Below the pieces are notes generated by a model that was not told the origin of the DNA, did no database searches, and saw only the letters and a list, made by a program, of their open reading frames with translations. This document shows positions 39,888-52,526 of a stretch of 64,000 nucleotides of DNA, one piece after another (position 1 is the stretch's first letter; each line of letters opens with the position of its first letter). Source of the stretch: Eledone cirrhosa (taxonomy: Eukaryota); assembly GCA_964016885.1 (NCBI GenBank), contig OZ024745.1, positions 101,618,001 to 101,682,000 of the forward strand, read 5' to 3'. The translations under genes were made by a program, and so were the position numbers.

Positions 39888-40075
39888 CAAAATAAAGTAC
39901 CAGTAATGCACTGGGTAATTGCTGGCCTTGTGCCTAAAGTAGAAACAATTATTATTTTCAACATCTCGCCGAGGTTAACTTTGCCTTTCATCGGGGAGTC
40001 GATAAAATAAAGTACCAGTAATACACTGGAATAATTGCTGGCCTTGTGCCAAAAAGTAGAAACAATTATTATTTT
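39888..40075 (+). mobile_element. Two tandem 3' fragments of the Meta-like SINE
   Basis: aaataaagtaccagtaat...aagtagaaacaattattattttcaacatc occurs twice. Confidence 0.8.
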
Positions 40076-41231
40076 CAACATCTGCTTTTCTATGATTGCA
40101 TACATTAGACAAGTCCCCTCCAACATGTTACATTCCTTTGTTATCTCCTTTATGAGGATCAGCTTTTATCACTTTTGCTCATGTCCACCCCAGTCTGTCT
40201 CTTCTACATTTACCTTCAACTTAAATTTCCTGGTACTTCTTTACCCAACTATCATAATCTATACACATTCCATGTCTTTACCAGTGCAATCTCCTTTTTT
40301 ACATACTACATCTAATTCCCCTTATACCCAGCTTTTTCTCTTAGCCTTTTCTGAGCTTAATATTCATGCACTGTAACATTACAAATCCAGCAGCGAATAG
40401 TTGCTTCATTTCTTTCGATCTCATGTACATCTTCTGCATTTAATACACATATCTTGGCATTATGTCTTAATAGTATATTTCCTGATATTCAACTTCACAT
40501 AATCCATCATATTATGAAAAAATTAGAGAAAAAAATGAATGTAAAACTGAAGTGGCTGTTATTTCCAATTGTTACTTCATTGTGAGTTTCATTTTTAAAA
40601 CTTTCTACTGTAATATATTCATATATCACATACATAGACCGAACAACTCTCACATATATTTACATCAGTATTTCCCCCTGTCACTCATATTCATGTTTTC
40701 TTTGTTAATGCAAGCCTGGAAAAGCTGGTGTATCTATGTCAGTATATAAAACACATGTAAAATGATGTGATTCTTTTTAATTATTTCACTTTTACTCTGC
40801 CTTTGGCAGAGAGACTTAATTCATTAATATTTTCCATCCTTCAACATCTACCATCCTTCAATATCTACCAGATATAATAACCATCCTTCAATATCTACCA
40901 CTGTTCAATATATACCATCCTTCAGTATCTACCATCCTTCAATATCTACTAAATATAATTGTTTCTACTTTTTGGCACAAGGCCACCAATTACCCAGCGC
41001 ATTACTGGTATAAATATAATGACCATCCTTCAGTATCTGCCATATATAACAATCAGTGGAATAAAGACAAAGATAACTGTGACAAAGACAATGCTAACTT
41101 AGTTTTACATTTGTACTTGTCAATGAAGTTGTAAGAGGGTATATATAGTCAGAGTTTATTATATGAAAAAAGATAGTTGTGGGAAGTAGATAATTAAATT
41201 ACATGGAGGATCTTTCTTTTGTTACTTATAG

Positions 41232-41294
41232 GTAGTCAAGAAAAAAATGTTCTCAGCTCAAAGCAAAAAGATAATGATATGCGTTCAACAACAG
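41232..41294 (+). CDS. KATNIP: Katanin-interacting protein exon (CSQEKNVLSSKQKDNDMRSTT)
   Basis: tatag|...|gttagt, phase 1/1; NVLSSKQKDN resembles the recalled human NLSAKRKDN. Confidence 0.82.
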
Positions 41295-42002
41295 GTTAGT
41301 ATTTATGATTGGAATATATTCTGTAACATTATTTTACTTACCGTTTTCTCTCCTATCCATTATGTATATTTTTTACCTGTAGTGCTATTGGCCATCACCT
41401 TGCCACCTAGTGATGCTGGCTATAATTGTTTATTGATCACTGCCTTTGGCTCGTTTTTATCACTCCTTAATGTTGAGTCTGTTAAAGTGTTTAAGAATAT
41501 TCTCTAAAGTAATATATTTCATTAAATACTCTTTACGATTTTCAGTACGGAATATTTATTGTTGTTTTTTTGTGTGTGTGTTTTTAGCTATTATATAAAG
41601 TATTATTTTTGTTTTAATCTTTCATGCAATCTGAAAGATAATTTATTATTATTAATAGTAGTATTAGTAGTAGTGATTTTATTATTATGAGAATTTTCAT
41701 CATCATCAACATCATCAACATCATCTTCTGCTGCCTGTTTAACAGTAACTGACTGCATGAGGGTTAAAGATATCTGCTGCATTAGTCTGTCTTCCGAACT
41801 GTCTCTATGGAGCCTGTTTGAAATCTTTCTGTCAGTTCATTTGAACATAGCAAAATTTATATTTATACTTGAGCTAAAAAGGGTTCAACATTATCGAAGC
41901 AATTTTCTTCACTACTCTCATAGCATATTAATATAATGGTTAGATGAATAACTACTTTTCTAAATCATGGTAGCTATCATTATATATGCATATATAATGA
42001 TA

Positions 42003-42190
42003 GGGCGGTGGATTGGCAGTATCGGTAGAGGGTTGGACGCCATGCTTTCCGGCATAGTTACATCCCTTTACGATCTGAGTTCAAATCCCGCCGAGGTTGA
42101 CTTTGCCTTTCATCCTTGCGGGGTCGATAAAATAAAGTACCAGTAATGCACTGGGTAATTGCTGGCCTTGTGCCTAAAGTAGAAACAATT
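42003..42190 (+). mobile_element. Meta-like tRNA-derived SINE, full length
   Basis: GGGCGGTGGATTGGCAGTATCGGTAG head, B box GAGTTCAAATCC. Confidence 0.9.
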
Positions 42191-42195
42191 ATATA

Positions 42196-42242
<47 letters not shown>

Positions 42243-42244
<2 letters not shown>

Positions 42245-42433
42245 TTGGCCTTGCAATTGAATTGTGAGTTCAATTCTCAGACCGGGTGATGTGTTGTTTC
42301 CTTGAGCAAGACACTTTATTTCACATTGCTCCAGTTTACTCAGCTGTAGAAATGAGATGATAGGGACTGGGGTCCATATCATTCCACTGCAAAGTGGTCG
42401 TGGAAGTGCCACAGCAAAAAAGCACCCAGCACC

Positions 42434-42438
<5 letters not shown>
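42243..42438 (+). mobile_element. CORE-like SINE, truncated at both ends
   Basis: CCTTGAGCAAGACACTTTATTTCAC; homologous to the 36462 copy. Confidence 0.85.
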
Positions 42439-42485
<47 letters not shown>

Positions 42486-42586
42486 GCACACACACATATA
42501 TATATATATACGCATATATATATATATGCATATATATATAGTTTTGCGAGGTTTTTTATATGAAATCGTGTGTCGAAACAGATATT

Positions 42587-42836
42587 GTTATATTTGGGGA
42601 GGGTCATATTTGCGTAATATTGCCAGAATTAATAACAGAACACACTCACTGTTTGGTTGGTTTTCGCTTCTCGCTGTCTTTTATATATATATATCTGCGA
42701 TCTAACTTACTCAGTAAGTTAGATCGCAGATATATATATATAAAAGACAGCGAGAAGCGAAAACCAACCAAACAGTGAGTGTGTTCTGTTATTAATTCTG
42801 GCAATATTACGCAAATATGACCCTCCCCAAATATAA

Positions 42837-42837
<1 letters not shown>
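42587..42837. repeat. Perfect 251-bp palindrome (125-bp arms, 1-nt loop at 42712); probable inverted Penelope pseudo-LTR
   Basis: ...gatctaacttact-c-agtaagttagatc...; lies just upstream of a 5'-truncated PLE. Confidence 0.92.
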
Positions 42838-42872
<35 letters not shown>

Positions 42873-43127
42873 GCACATATATATTTATATATATATGCAT
42901 ATATACAAATATAAATTAGCAAGAATCGTATTTCGGCTTTGGAAATTAGCGAAAAACAACTTCCAAGATGTGTGGCAAGCGCTCAAACATTCTAACGAAC
43001 CAGAGCTACAACATAAGTAAAAAAAGGCCAAACACACTGAGATGATGGTTAAACAATTATCCGCACAACCATAGAAACGACCAAGTAATTCGGGTCAAAC
43101 AAATAAAAAAAAATGATTGAATATATA

Positions 43128-43169
<42 letters not shown>

Positions 43170-43306
43170 TATATATGTGCGTATATATATATATATATAA
43201 ATATATGCATATTATCATCACCGTTTTACTAGCATGGGTTCATATATATATATGCATATATATATATATATGCATATATATATATATATATGCATATATA
43301 TATATA

Positions 43307-44665
43307 ATGGAAAGCATCCAGCAAATAGCAAACTCCATCCACCAGAGCATTAGAGATACTATAGACTACCCAAGTAGACACCCCAACCATCGATTACCTG
43401 TACTAGACACAGAGCTCTGGTTAGATACCATTAACAACCAAAAACAAATCCTCCATTCCCATTATGCCAAACCCATGACTTCCAAACATCTGATCCACCG
43501 AAACTCGACCATTTCGGACCATACCAAAATCAACATACTGATTGCGGATTTGTTACGGGTGATGAGAAATGTGTCCCGCATGTGCAACCCCGAAGAACTA
43601 GAGAGACACATACAACACTTCATCCACCGTATGCAGTTCTCTGGCTACAATCAGAGAGATAGAATCAGAGTATATAGAGGAGCCAGAACCAAATGGGAAA
43701 AAATGGTAAATAATGACATAAATGGGACCTGCCCCTTATATAGGAGCAAATTTTGGAATAGAATAGAAAGAACTAGGAACAAGGCCAATAGAATAAACTC
43801 ATGGTATGATAGCAATAAATACCAGAGTGTAATATTCATCGATACAACCCCTAGAGGCGAACTAGCCTACAAATTTAGAAGGGCCCTTAATAAACATAAA
43901 CTCAATATTAAGATAGTAGAAAGACCAGGTACCTCCGTAAAAGCACTTATTAGCAAGACATACCCATTTCAAAGACCCTCATGTATAGATAAGAAATGTA
44001 TAACCTGTAAAATAAGCCCCCATATTAACTGTAAAACTAGAAATGTAGTGTATAGCATAAGATGTACTGAAGGACAATGTAGAAACAAAAATATAGTGTA
44101 CATAGGTGAGACAGCTCGTAGTATAGGGGAACGGATAAATGAACACTGGCGAGACCTTCAAGATAATAAAGAATCATCTGTACTCTACCAACATGCTAAG
44201 ATAGAACACAAGGGTAAATTAGAGAACATAGAAATAAAAATAGAATCTACACACAGAAAAGATGCAATGTTTAGACAAATTACAAAGGCAATAAACATAA
44301 AAGAATTATAACCAAAATTAAATGGAAAATATGAGTGGAACAGCAACATCACAACTTACAATTAAGGACAAAATGAAAACACACACACACATAGAACAAA
44401 CAACCAACCAATAACATGTAAATAAATAAACAAATAGATAAATGAACACAAACACACACAGACACCCGGATGTGGCGCATGCGCAAACTGAGCACGCAAC
44501 ACACACACAGAAACAAAATGGCGTAGGACAGAAGAAAGGAAAGGCACAGAAACAAAGAAAGGAATCTCCAGTCACTGAAGAGGTCTCAGTGTGTGACGAA
44601 AGGACTATGACTATATATAAACAACTATCTGGTTGTGGAACCAACCAACCAACCAGAAATTTATA
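43307..44665 (+). mobile_element. 5'-truncated Penelope-like element (RT thumb plus GIY-YIG endonuclease) with 3' pseudo-LTR
   Basis: [20 protein letters not shown], CxxxxCxxC linker, NVVYSIRC...[17 protein letters not shown]; hammerhead in the downstream pLTR. Confidence 0.93.
44570..44612 (+). ncRNA. Minimal type-I hammerhead ribozyme in a PLE pseudo-LTR
   Basis: agtca-CTGAAGA-G-gtctca gtg tgtgac-GAAA-ggac-TA-tgact; stem I agtca/tgact. Confidence 0.75.
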
Positions 44666-44696
44666 AATTTATATATATATATGCATATATATATAT

Positions 44697-44747
<51 letters not shown>

Positions 44748-44761
44748 TATATATATATATA

Positions 44762-44807
<46 letters not shown>

Positions 44808-44817
44808 TATATATATA

Positions 44818-45208
44818 CCTAAATATATAGTAAAACCTACTCCAGCCAGTAGGCATCTCTAACAAAATACACCCCGTCCCACCACCCCCACCCCATCCAC
44901 ACCACCCTGTTCGATGTAAAGTTGTGTTGGTGCGGCGCCATCCAGGCCGAAACAAATGAGATCGTGTAGGTGTCACGACAAAAAAACACACAGTCCATGC
45001 TGTAATGTGGCTGTGTAGGCAACACGGTAAAAACCTCCCAGACCCACACTGTAAATGTGGTTGGTGTTAGGAAGGGCATCCAACTGTAGAAAACCTGCCA
45101 GACAGTCCTATGCGAGCAAGACAATCACTCTTGCCTCAAGTGGGACTACCCCCGTCCAAACCCATGCAAGCGTGGAACACGGACGTTAAACGTTGATGAT
45201 GATGATGA
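44818..45208 (+). mobile_element. RTE LINE 3' UTR fragment
   Basis: Closely matches the reverse complement of 59740-60140, the 3' UTR of the RTE at 60136-62215; (TGA)n tail. Confidence 0.88.
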
Positions 45209-45216
45209 TATATATA

Positions 45217-45272
<56 letters not shown>

Positions 45273-45351
45273 TATATATATATATATATGCATATATATA
45301 TATATATATGCATATATATATATATATATGCATATATATATATATATATGC

Positions 45352-45385
<34 letters not shown>

Positions 45386-45676
45386 GCATATGCATATATA
45401 TATATATGCATATATATATATATGCATATGCATATATATATATATGCATATATATATATATATGCGTATATATATATATATGCGTATATATATATATATA
45501 TATATATGCATATATATATATGTATATATATGCGTATATATATATATATATATATATGCATATATATATATGTATATATATGCATGTATATATATATGCA
45601 TGTATATATATATGCATGTATATATATATGCATGTATATATATATGCATGTATATATATATATATATATATGCATA
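45208..45676. repeat. (TA)n microsatellite interspersed with TGCA/TGTA
   Basis: Directly visible. Confidence 0.95.
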
Positions 45677-48600
45677 TAGGAAGGGCATCCAACCAGTGTA
45701 TCAATGCCAAAACGCTTATCAGCACAGCAACAAATAGGAACAACAACAAAATATGAAGACGTCGCATCTCAGAGTTGCAACACTTAATGTTGGCACTCTC
45801 AGAGGTAGATCTGCTGAAATAGCGGAGATGCTGGAGAGAAGGCAGGTGGATGTGTGCTGCGTGCAAGAGGTGAGATGGAGAGGTGCCTCTGCGAGATTAG
45901 TCGTAGGCAAACGTCTTAGCTATAAGCTATTCTGGGTAGGTAAGGATGATGGGTTAGGGGGAGTAGGCATTTTCCTGGCTGAGAAATGGATCAATAAGAC
46001 AATAGAGGTAGTTCGAGTTAGTAATTGAATAATTAAGCTTAGATTAGTTGTAGGCAGGAGACTACTGACAATCATCTCGGCCTATGCTCCCCAAGCAGGC
46101 CTAGGCAAAGATGAGAAAGACTCCTTTTATGAGCAACTTTTACAAACAACCGCAATGACAGAGGACGGAGACATCGTTATGCTAGCAGGAGCCTTCAATG
46201 GTCATGTTGGACAGCTCCAGGATGGTTACACTGGGGTACATGGTGGGCACGGTTACAGCTCAAGAAATGAAAGAGTGAGACTTCTTGAATTTTGTGATGC
46301 AGGTACATTGACTATTTGCAACACAAATTTCCAGAAACCTGCCAATCACCCAATAACCTACAAATCTGGTGAGCACATAAGCCAAATTGACTTCTTACTA
46401 GTAGGCAGCGGGACAGGCAGATGGTGTCTAATACCAAGGCATACCCTGGGGAAGAATGTACCCCACAGCATAGGTTAGTCGTTAGTGATATCTCAGTAAG
46501 CAAGAGATGGAATGAGACATACAGGAAGGTGTAGAGAAGAAAGGTCTGGAAGCTAAAAGACCTTTCACTAAAATACAAATTTAGGAAAGCCCTTCAAGAT
46601 GTGTATGATGAAAAAGAAGACGATTTAAAGTCGTATGACAGATAATAACTGGAATTTCTTACATGACAATTTACTGCAGGCTACTGATGAAACTTGTGGC
46701 TGGAGCAGAGCTCCAACCAGGCAGAGAGTGACCTGGTGGTGGAACAGCACAGTAGATAAGGCTATTAGAGACAAAAGACTAGCATGGAAGGCTTGGAAAA
46801 AGGGTGGGAGTAGGGAAGAATATACAGCCACTAAGAGAGAAGCTAGACGTCAGGTGTACTTAGCACGCAGGGAGGCAGAGAGTAGGAGGTTTGCCAATGT
46901 TCTGCGACGGGAAGATCAGAGGCGTGCGGTGTTCCACATTGCAAGGCAGTGTGTCAATGCAAATCAGGATGTTGTTGGAGATAAATGTGTCCGGGATGAT
47001 GCCGGTGTACTTAGTGTCACGAATGATCAGAAAAAGGAGGCCTGGAAATGTTATTATGGGAGACTGATGAATGTGGAGAACGAATGGGAGAGAGAGAAAT
47101 TACCCTTAGTAGATCCGACAGAGGGACCAGCTATTGAGATTGACGAATATAGGGTCCAAGAGGCGATTAGGGAAATGAAAAATGGTAAGGCTGCTGGACC
47201 ATCGGGAATAGTTGCTGAGATGCTGAAGGCATCAGGGACGTAGGCACTAAACTGGTTGCACGCATCATCAATCAGGCTATATGTGGTGGTGTTATACCCA
47301 AAGACTGGTGCAGCAGTAGTCTCATAAATTGCTACAAAGGTAAAGGGGATGCTATGGAGAGGAGCAATTATAGGGGTATAAATCTGATAGATCAGGTTAT
47401 GAAAGTGGCAGAAAGGATTTTAGCACAACTAATTAGAGAAAGGGTCAAACTAGATGAGATGCAGTTTGGTTTTGTGTCTGGGAAGAGTACAACAGATGCC
47501 CTCTTCTTGGTGAGACAATTGCAAGAGAGGTTCTTAGAGAAAAATAAGCCACTATACTTAGCCCTTGTTGACCTAGAGAAGGCCTTTGATAGGGTACCCC
47601 GATCTGTCATGTGGTGGTCCCTAAGGAAGCTAGGTGTTGAGGAATGGCTTGTGAGGACAGTGCAAACTTTGTACAGAGGTACTCTCAGTAAAGTCAGGGT
47701 AGGAATGGAGTTTAGTGAGGAATTCCAGATACAAGTAGGAGTACATCAGGGTTCGGTCCTCAGCCCGCTCTTGTTCATTATAGTCCTCCAAGCCATAACA
47801 GTGGAGTTTAAGACTGGCTGTCCACGGGAACTTCTCTATGCTGACGATCTGGTTCTTATAGCAGAATCAGTAGAGGAGCTAGAGAATAAATCTGGCTATG
47901 GAAACAGCAGTTGGAAGCAAGAGGACTGAGAGTGAACCTAGCTCAGACAAAAGTGTTGATGAGTAGAAAAGAGGACAAAACTCTGATTCCGTCAGGGAAA
48001 TGGCCATGTTCGATATGCAGAAAAGGAACTGGCATAAATTCTATAAAATGCACACAATGCAGATCCTGGGTACACAAGAGATGTAGCGGGATAGCAGGCA
48101 AACTAACAGGTAGGGAGAAATATGTATGCAGTAGATGTACAAGGAACTTAGACAGTAGAAGTTGCATTGATAGACACATTTTTCAGATGCAGGAGGGCGC
48201 TATAGAAGTGGTGGATAGCTTCCGGTACCTAGGAGATCAGATTAGCATGGGAGGAGGGTGTTCCGAGGCCATTGTATCTAGAATAAGGATGGGTTGGAAG
48301 AAGTTTTGGGAGCTGCTTCCTCTGTTGACGACGAAGGGTTTCTCCCTGCGTACGAAAGGCTGGTTGTATGATGCCTGTGTGAGGAGCGCGATGCTGCATG
48401 GTAGTGAGACATGGGCAGCAACTGCAGAGGATATGCGACGGCTGGAGAGAAATGAGGCAAGCATGCTCCGTTGGATGTGCAGTGTTAATGTGCGGGAAAG
48501 ACCCAGCATAAATGTATTGGGAGAGAAACTGTGTCTGAGAGGGATAGAATGTAGTGTACGGGAGAGGAGTCTGAGGTGGTATGGACATGTGATGCGCATG

Positions 48601-48825
48601 GAGGATGACCGATGGGTGAAGAAGTGCCAGGAAATGCCAGTTGAAGGAAGACGTGGTAGAGGTAGACCACGAAAAACATGGGCGGAGGTGGTGAGAACAG
48701 ACCTCAGATCATTGAAGCTCACGGTTGAGATGACGAAGGACCGTGACGAGTGGAGAGATGCTGTGCTGAATAAGACCCGTCCCACCCTTGCAAGCAGGGA
48801 AAAGCAGATGTAAAATGATGATGAT

Positions 48826-48828
<3 letters not shown>
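45677..48828 (+). mobile_element. Near full-length RTE-clade LINE (APE endonuclease, RT, Cys cluster), disabled
   Basis: [24 protein letters not shown] (APE); NYRGINL, DLEKAFDRV, HQGSVLSP, LLYADDLVL (RT); stop at 46026 and frameshifts; ends (TGA)n. Confidence 0.95.
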
Positions 48829-48876
<48 letters not shown>

Positions 48877-48897
48877 ATATATATCTATATATATCTA

Positions 48898-48953
<56 letters not shown>

Positions 48954-48954
48954 T

Positions 48955-48985
48955 ATAGGAACGAGTAGGACCTACTCGTTCCTAT
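48955..48985. repeat. Perfect 31-bp hairpin (15-bp arms, 1-nt loop)
   Basis: ataggaacgagtagg-a-cctactcgttcctat, inside a (TA)n tract. Confidence 0.9.
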
Positions 48986-49064
48986 TACCCACTCTACTAC
49001 CCTAAGTATTGAGTACTTTGGTTGCGTTATGGTCCACCTGGTTCCCTACCACATTTCCTCCGTT

Positions 49065-49109
<45 letters not shown>

Positions 49110-49174
49110 CATACATACATACATACATACATACATACATACATACATACATACATACATACATACATACATAG

Positions 49175-51160
49175 ATAAGTGTGTTGTAAAACACCTACTA
49201 ATATGAACGATACATACACTTATGCTATATGAACGATACATACACTTTAACATATAAATGCAACGTTGTTATATTACATTTCTTAAGAAATATACAAGTA
49301 ACGTTTTTGATTCAGAAACAAAAACATAAGTGTTTGAACTGTGAATATGTTGTGAATAAGTTGTAGAACACCTATTTATATGAATGATACATACACTTTA
49401 ACATATAAATACAGCGTTGTTATATTATATTACATTCATAAAGAAATATACTAAGTAACGGTTCTTTTTGTTCTCGATTCAAACGATTCAAGAACAACAT
49501 TTAAAACACAGTTGTAGAATTAAAAACTAACTGAAAAGAAATATTACCCAAGCTGTGAATAACTTTAAATTTGATTCTGACAGAACTTTGTCGAAACTTT
49601 TAAAGAAGATCATCGACTATTTTGAAAAATAAATATGAAATATTAGTGAATAGACAAACTCATCATGGCAAAAAGTACAAGTCTCCTTCGACCAAATCGC
49701 AACTACAGCCGTTGTATACAGTGGAGCTACGAGCTTAACAAAGTATTATATGAAGCATACAAACAATCTGAACCCCAAAAGTTTGGTTTTATGCAAAGGC
49801 TAAAAACTTTATGGAACTCCAAACACCCAGAATTAGACTTTTCTCCAAAGCATTTAAATGAACAGGTAAAATGTATCATGAGATGTAAATTGATACATCT
49901 AACGGAATTGAGTGATACTACAAATACAGCCCTTGTAGACAACCACCCCACCTCCACTGACAGACAGAGAATGGCCAGCTAAATCTAACAGTGAACAGCT
50001 CACCAACAATTTTGCTGAAATCCATCCCACTTCCACTGAAGAACAGCGAGAAAGGTCAGCTGACTCTAGTAGTAATTGTCACCACATCAACAACGAGGCT
50101 GAAATTCATGACTACTGAACAAACAGAGCACCAAAAACTTGTGGACACCTTACAAGTAATATGGAACGATATGTTTCAAGAGATACACAGCCTTAATGTG
50201 AGTGACAGACCATACAACACCCGAATCAGTAAAGAACCCACTAAATTGGAATTGGAAGCGGTGAACGAAATAGCTGGCAATTATCTGAAGGCTAAACGAT
50301 CTAAAGGTGTAGAAACGACATTTGAAACGCTTAATATTTTGTTATATGTTTCAGCTGTCACATTGCTATCATATAACACACATCTAAAACCATGCAATCA
50401 AGATACAAACAGAAAGCCTGAACTAGCGTGGATGTGAAATTTAAAAACCAAAATTTTGTCCCTGAGACGAAGTATCTCACACATCGCAGTCGTTATGAAA
50501 TGCAACATAGAGAGCAACTTCACACGACACCAGGAAGACCTAAAAAAAAAGTTAGAGAGACGATTTGGAGATACAAAATTTAAAACTTTGAACTCCAAAT
50601 TACACCAGTTGAAACAACAACTCACAGCTACAACAGAAAGACTAAAATATAAGTCAACAGCACATAAACGACAAGTGCTAAATAGATTGTTTGCCAGAGA
50701 TCCTAAATCAGTTTATCGCAGCTTCGGTGGCAAAAGCTCAATCCCTGTAAATGACTCCCCTTCAAAAGAACAGGTTGAGAGCTACTGGAGATCTGTATGG
50801 GAAACGGATGACGGATTCAACAGACAAACTAATTGGCTAAAAGAACTGGAACAGGACTACTGCCAACATGTCCAGACAAAACAATATGACATAGATGGGT
50901 CAATACTGGAAACAGCTCTACAGAAAATGTCGAATAGGAAATCGCCAGGCCCAGACCTCGTTACAGGATACTGGTTGAAGAATTTCACTTTCTGTCGGCA
51001 AGATCTCATACGGCTGTTTCCAGAAACCATTAAAAGCACACAAGATCTGCCCAGATGGTTATCAACTGCCACTACTCTCCTCATTCCCCAAAATAGCCAA
51101 ACCACCCTTGCTAAAAATTACCGCCCAATAGCCTGCCAAAACATCATGTATAAAAAATAG
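49175..51160 (+). mobile_element. 5' portion of an R4/Dong-like RLE non-LTR retrotransposon, disrupted and truncated at the start of RT
   Basis: WSYELNKVLYEAY..FMQRLKTLW..HPEL, NRLFARDPKSVYR, NRKSPGPDLVTGYWLK, KNYRPIACQNIMYK. Confidence 0.8.
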
Positions 51161-51456
51161 TTAACGTAAGATGTGGGAAAAATAATTCAAACTCATCTCA
51201 AAGAGAATCAGGAGAGATTCATCCACAGAATTTAGTGAAATCCAGGAAAAAATCAATAGAGCCTTAACTCATGATAAAATAAAGTTTAAAATACTCATCT
51301 TTCAATTTGGAAAAACTTCAAATGCTCTGTATAGTCTTAAAGACTATTTCACGAAAACTTTCAGTGGAGATGGTCACAGTTGGAATTCGATCCTCAGCAG
51401 AGCTCAACTCGATAACCAAAATTCTCACAGAATTTTTGCTACAATGTTTTCTATAC

Positions 51457-51500
<44 letters not shown>

Positions 51501-51604
51501 TATATATATATATATATATATATGCATATGGGAAAGTGAAAAATCGGAGAATAGACCGTTAAAACATGTTTATTTAAAATATCACCTACGTACGTTTCGC
51601 CCAA

Positions 51605-51677
<73 letters not shown>

Positions 51678-51987
51678 GCATATATATATATATATATAAA
51701 AACAAATAACGAAACGAAATTAAATTTCGTTTCGCTTCTAACTCACTTTTGTATGACTGACGCTTAAACAATTAAGTTAAAGTGTACATCTACATATGTA
51801 TACGGAAGTATTAGTATGCATATAAATACACACATGTATACATATGTACATGTACTGAGTTTTTCACTAGACACTTTACAGTGAGTGTCAGCTAGTCTGT
51901 ATGTAACCACACAGACGGACCGAGTTTTAGAGTCATACGAGTTTTCAAGGAAACACATTTCCTCTATTCTCCAGAGAGCCAGACAGG

Positions 51988-52032
51988 AATATTGGACTAG
52001 TTTCGATGTTATTACATCTCATCAGCAATATT
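51988..52032 (-). ncRNA. Minimal type-I hammerhead ribozyme (minus-strand copy)
   Basis: Exact reverse complement of 52482-52526. Confidence 0.92.
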
Positions 52033-52481
52033 TACCCATCTTCCGGCTTCTCTGGAGAATTGTAAAAGCACATATCGTTATATGCTTTTTCTATGAAAAT
52101 TAGTAGTGGGTAGACTAATTTGCATAGAACGTGAGTCATTGTACGCACCGGTTCAGCGGAAACGATAAAAACAAATAACGAAACGAAATTAAATTTCGTT
52201 TCGCTTCTAACTCACTTTTGTATGACTGATGCTTAAACAATTAAGTTAAAGTGTACATCTACATATGTATACGGAAGTATTAGTATGCATATAAATACGT
52301 GAGTTAGAAGCGAAACGAAATTTAATTTTGTTTCGTTATTTGTTTTTATCGTTTCCACTGAACCGGTGCGTACAATGACTCACGTTCTATGCAAATTAGT
52401 CTACCCACTACTAATTTTCATAGAAAAAGCATATAACGATATGTGCTTTTACAATTCTCCAGAGAAGCCGGAAGATGGGTA

Positions 52482-52526
52482 AATATTGCTGATGAGATGT
52501 AATAACATCGAAACTAGTCCAATATT
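52482..52526 (+). ncRNA. Minimal type-I hammerhead ribozyme
   Basis: aatattg-CTGATGA-gatgt aata acatc-GAAA-ctag-TC-caatatt; predicted cleavage after C52519. Confidence 0.93.

Noticed and set aside
40830-41040. 17-bp tandem ccatccttcaatatcta
   Set aside because: Ordinary degenerate minisatellite
42003-42090. tRNA gene
   Set aside because: A and B boxes belong to a SINE head; no cloverleaf; multiple copies with TSDs
45136-45866. Long YI-rich ORFs (also 52556-53493 and 55813-56327)
   Set aside because: (TA)n microsatellite translations
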